Below, piece by piece: positions 63,416 to 64,000 of a stretch of 64,000 nt of DNA. The number at the start of each line of letters is the position of its first letter. The stretch's first letter is position 1. Source of the stretch: Ginglymostoma cirratum (Eukaryota); the NCBI GenBank assembly GCA_024137785.1, contig JAHRHZ010000030.1:29545382-29609381 (forward strand), given 5' to 3'. Below the pieces are notes generated by a model. That model was not told the DNA's origin. It saw only the letters and a list, made by a program, of their open reading frames with translations, and did no database searches. The position numbers and the translations under genes were made by a program.

Positions 63416-64000
63416 ATTCTGTCCAGGGTGATATTTAAGCACATTGCCATTTAGCACCTGGTGATACCCCATGACCTAGAAGTTTTTAATATTTAGTTAT
63501 CCCCATATAAGATTCAGATTCAGATTCAGTCTGGTACCTTACTCATTTTTTTTTGCCTAAAATGCCACCTGCGAAATTCTAGGACAGGTTTATTACTTCA
63601 GTTCAGAGTTGTAGACCACGAGAGTCTGCAAATATATCTTTGTACCAGCGAAGTCCCATTGTTTGTCATCTATGCTGCCATTTGTAATCTCCTGAGACAC
63701 TTGAAACCCTGCTTCACATGAAACTAGGTACTTACGACTTGAAAGCCAAAATCTTGAGCATTAATGCACTAAAAATTTTTCGTGTGCCATGCATAGTCAT
63801 GCCACTAGTTCCTTCCTTTTAGTACAGGGGGCACAGGGAACAGAGGTAAATCTCAAATTCTGGTCAACTTGGTGCTTCTGCAATTCTGAACACAATGCAA
63901 ATTTTCTGCACTTTAACAAATCCATCAACATGTCTACATTTGCATCGTCTCCAACATAAACAACTAACACTGCATTTTGAACGAGGCTCATGCATACTTC

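Noticed and set aside
63720-63780. GTAAGT donor-like site on the minus strand as a possible first coding exon
   Set aside because: The upstream sequence does not encode the expected N-terminal peptide (...TKHSWRGK); that exon is probably beyond the window.
1-64000. CRISPR-like arrays, operons or other prokaryotic systems; remaining 60-130 aa ORFs
   Set aside because: No regularly spaced repeat-spacer structure. The sequence is spliced eukaryotic DNA, and the residual ORFs are chance or antisense frames without recognisable motifs.

Overview
AT-rich vertebrate genomic DNA, most likely a shark or other cartilaginous fish (inferred from HE1-type V-SINEs, HER1/CR1-type LINE tails and the Penelope family present). 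The whole window lies inside one gene on the minus strand: DNAJC13 (RME-8, endosomal J-domain protein). I traced 34 GT-AG coding exons that splice into one continuous frame (4088 nt, from [10 protein letters not shown] through the J-domain HPD to ILFNRYKQ), plus a 15/18-nt microexon. The start codon lies beyond the right edge and the C-terminal exons beyond the left edge. Introns hold CR1 and L2 LINE fragments, several tRNA-derived SINE families and a 5'-truncated Penelope-like element with a GIY-YIG endonuclease and a minimal hammerhead motif. Most notable: (1) two ~200-bp palindromic Penelope-derived elements 48 kb apart with the same arm deletion and their own 12-14 bp target-site duplications; (2) a frame-compensated degenerate duplicate of a DNAJC13 exon with an intact acceptor; (3) the NAGNAG microexon; (4) a ~205-bp direct repeat bracketing one exon. 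There is no prokaryotic-type system here. Most short ORFs in the track are spurious, or are pieces of exons or TEs.
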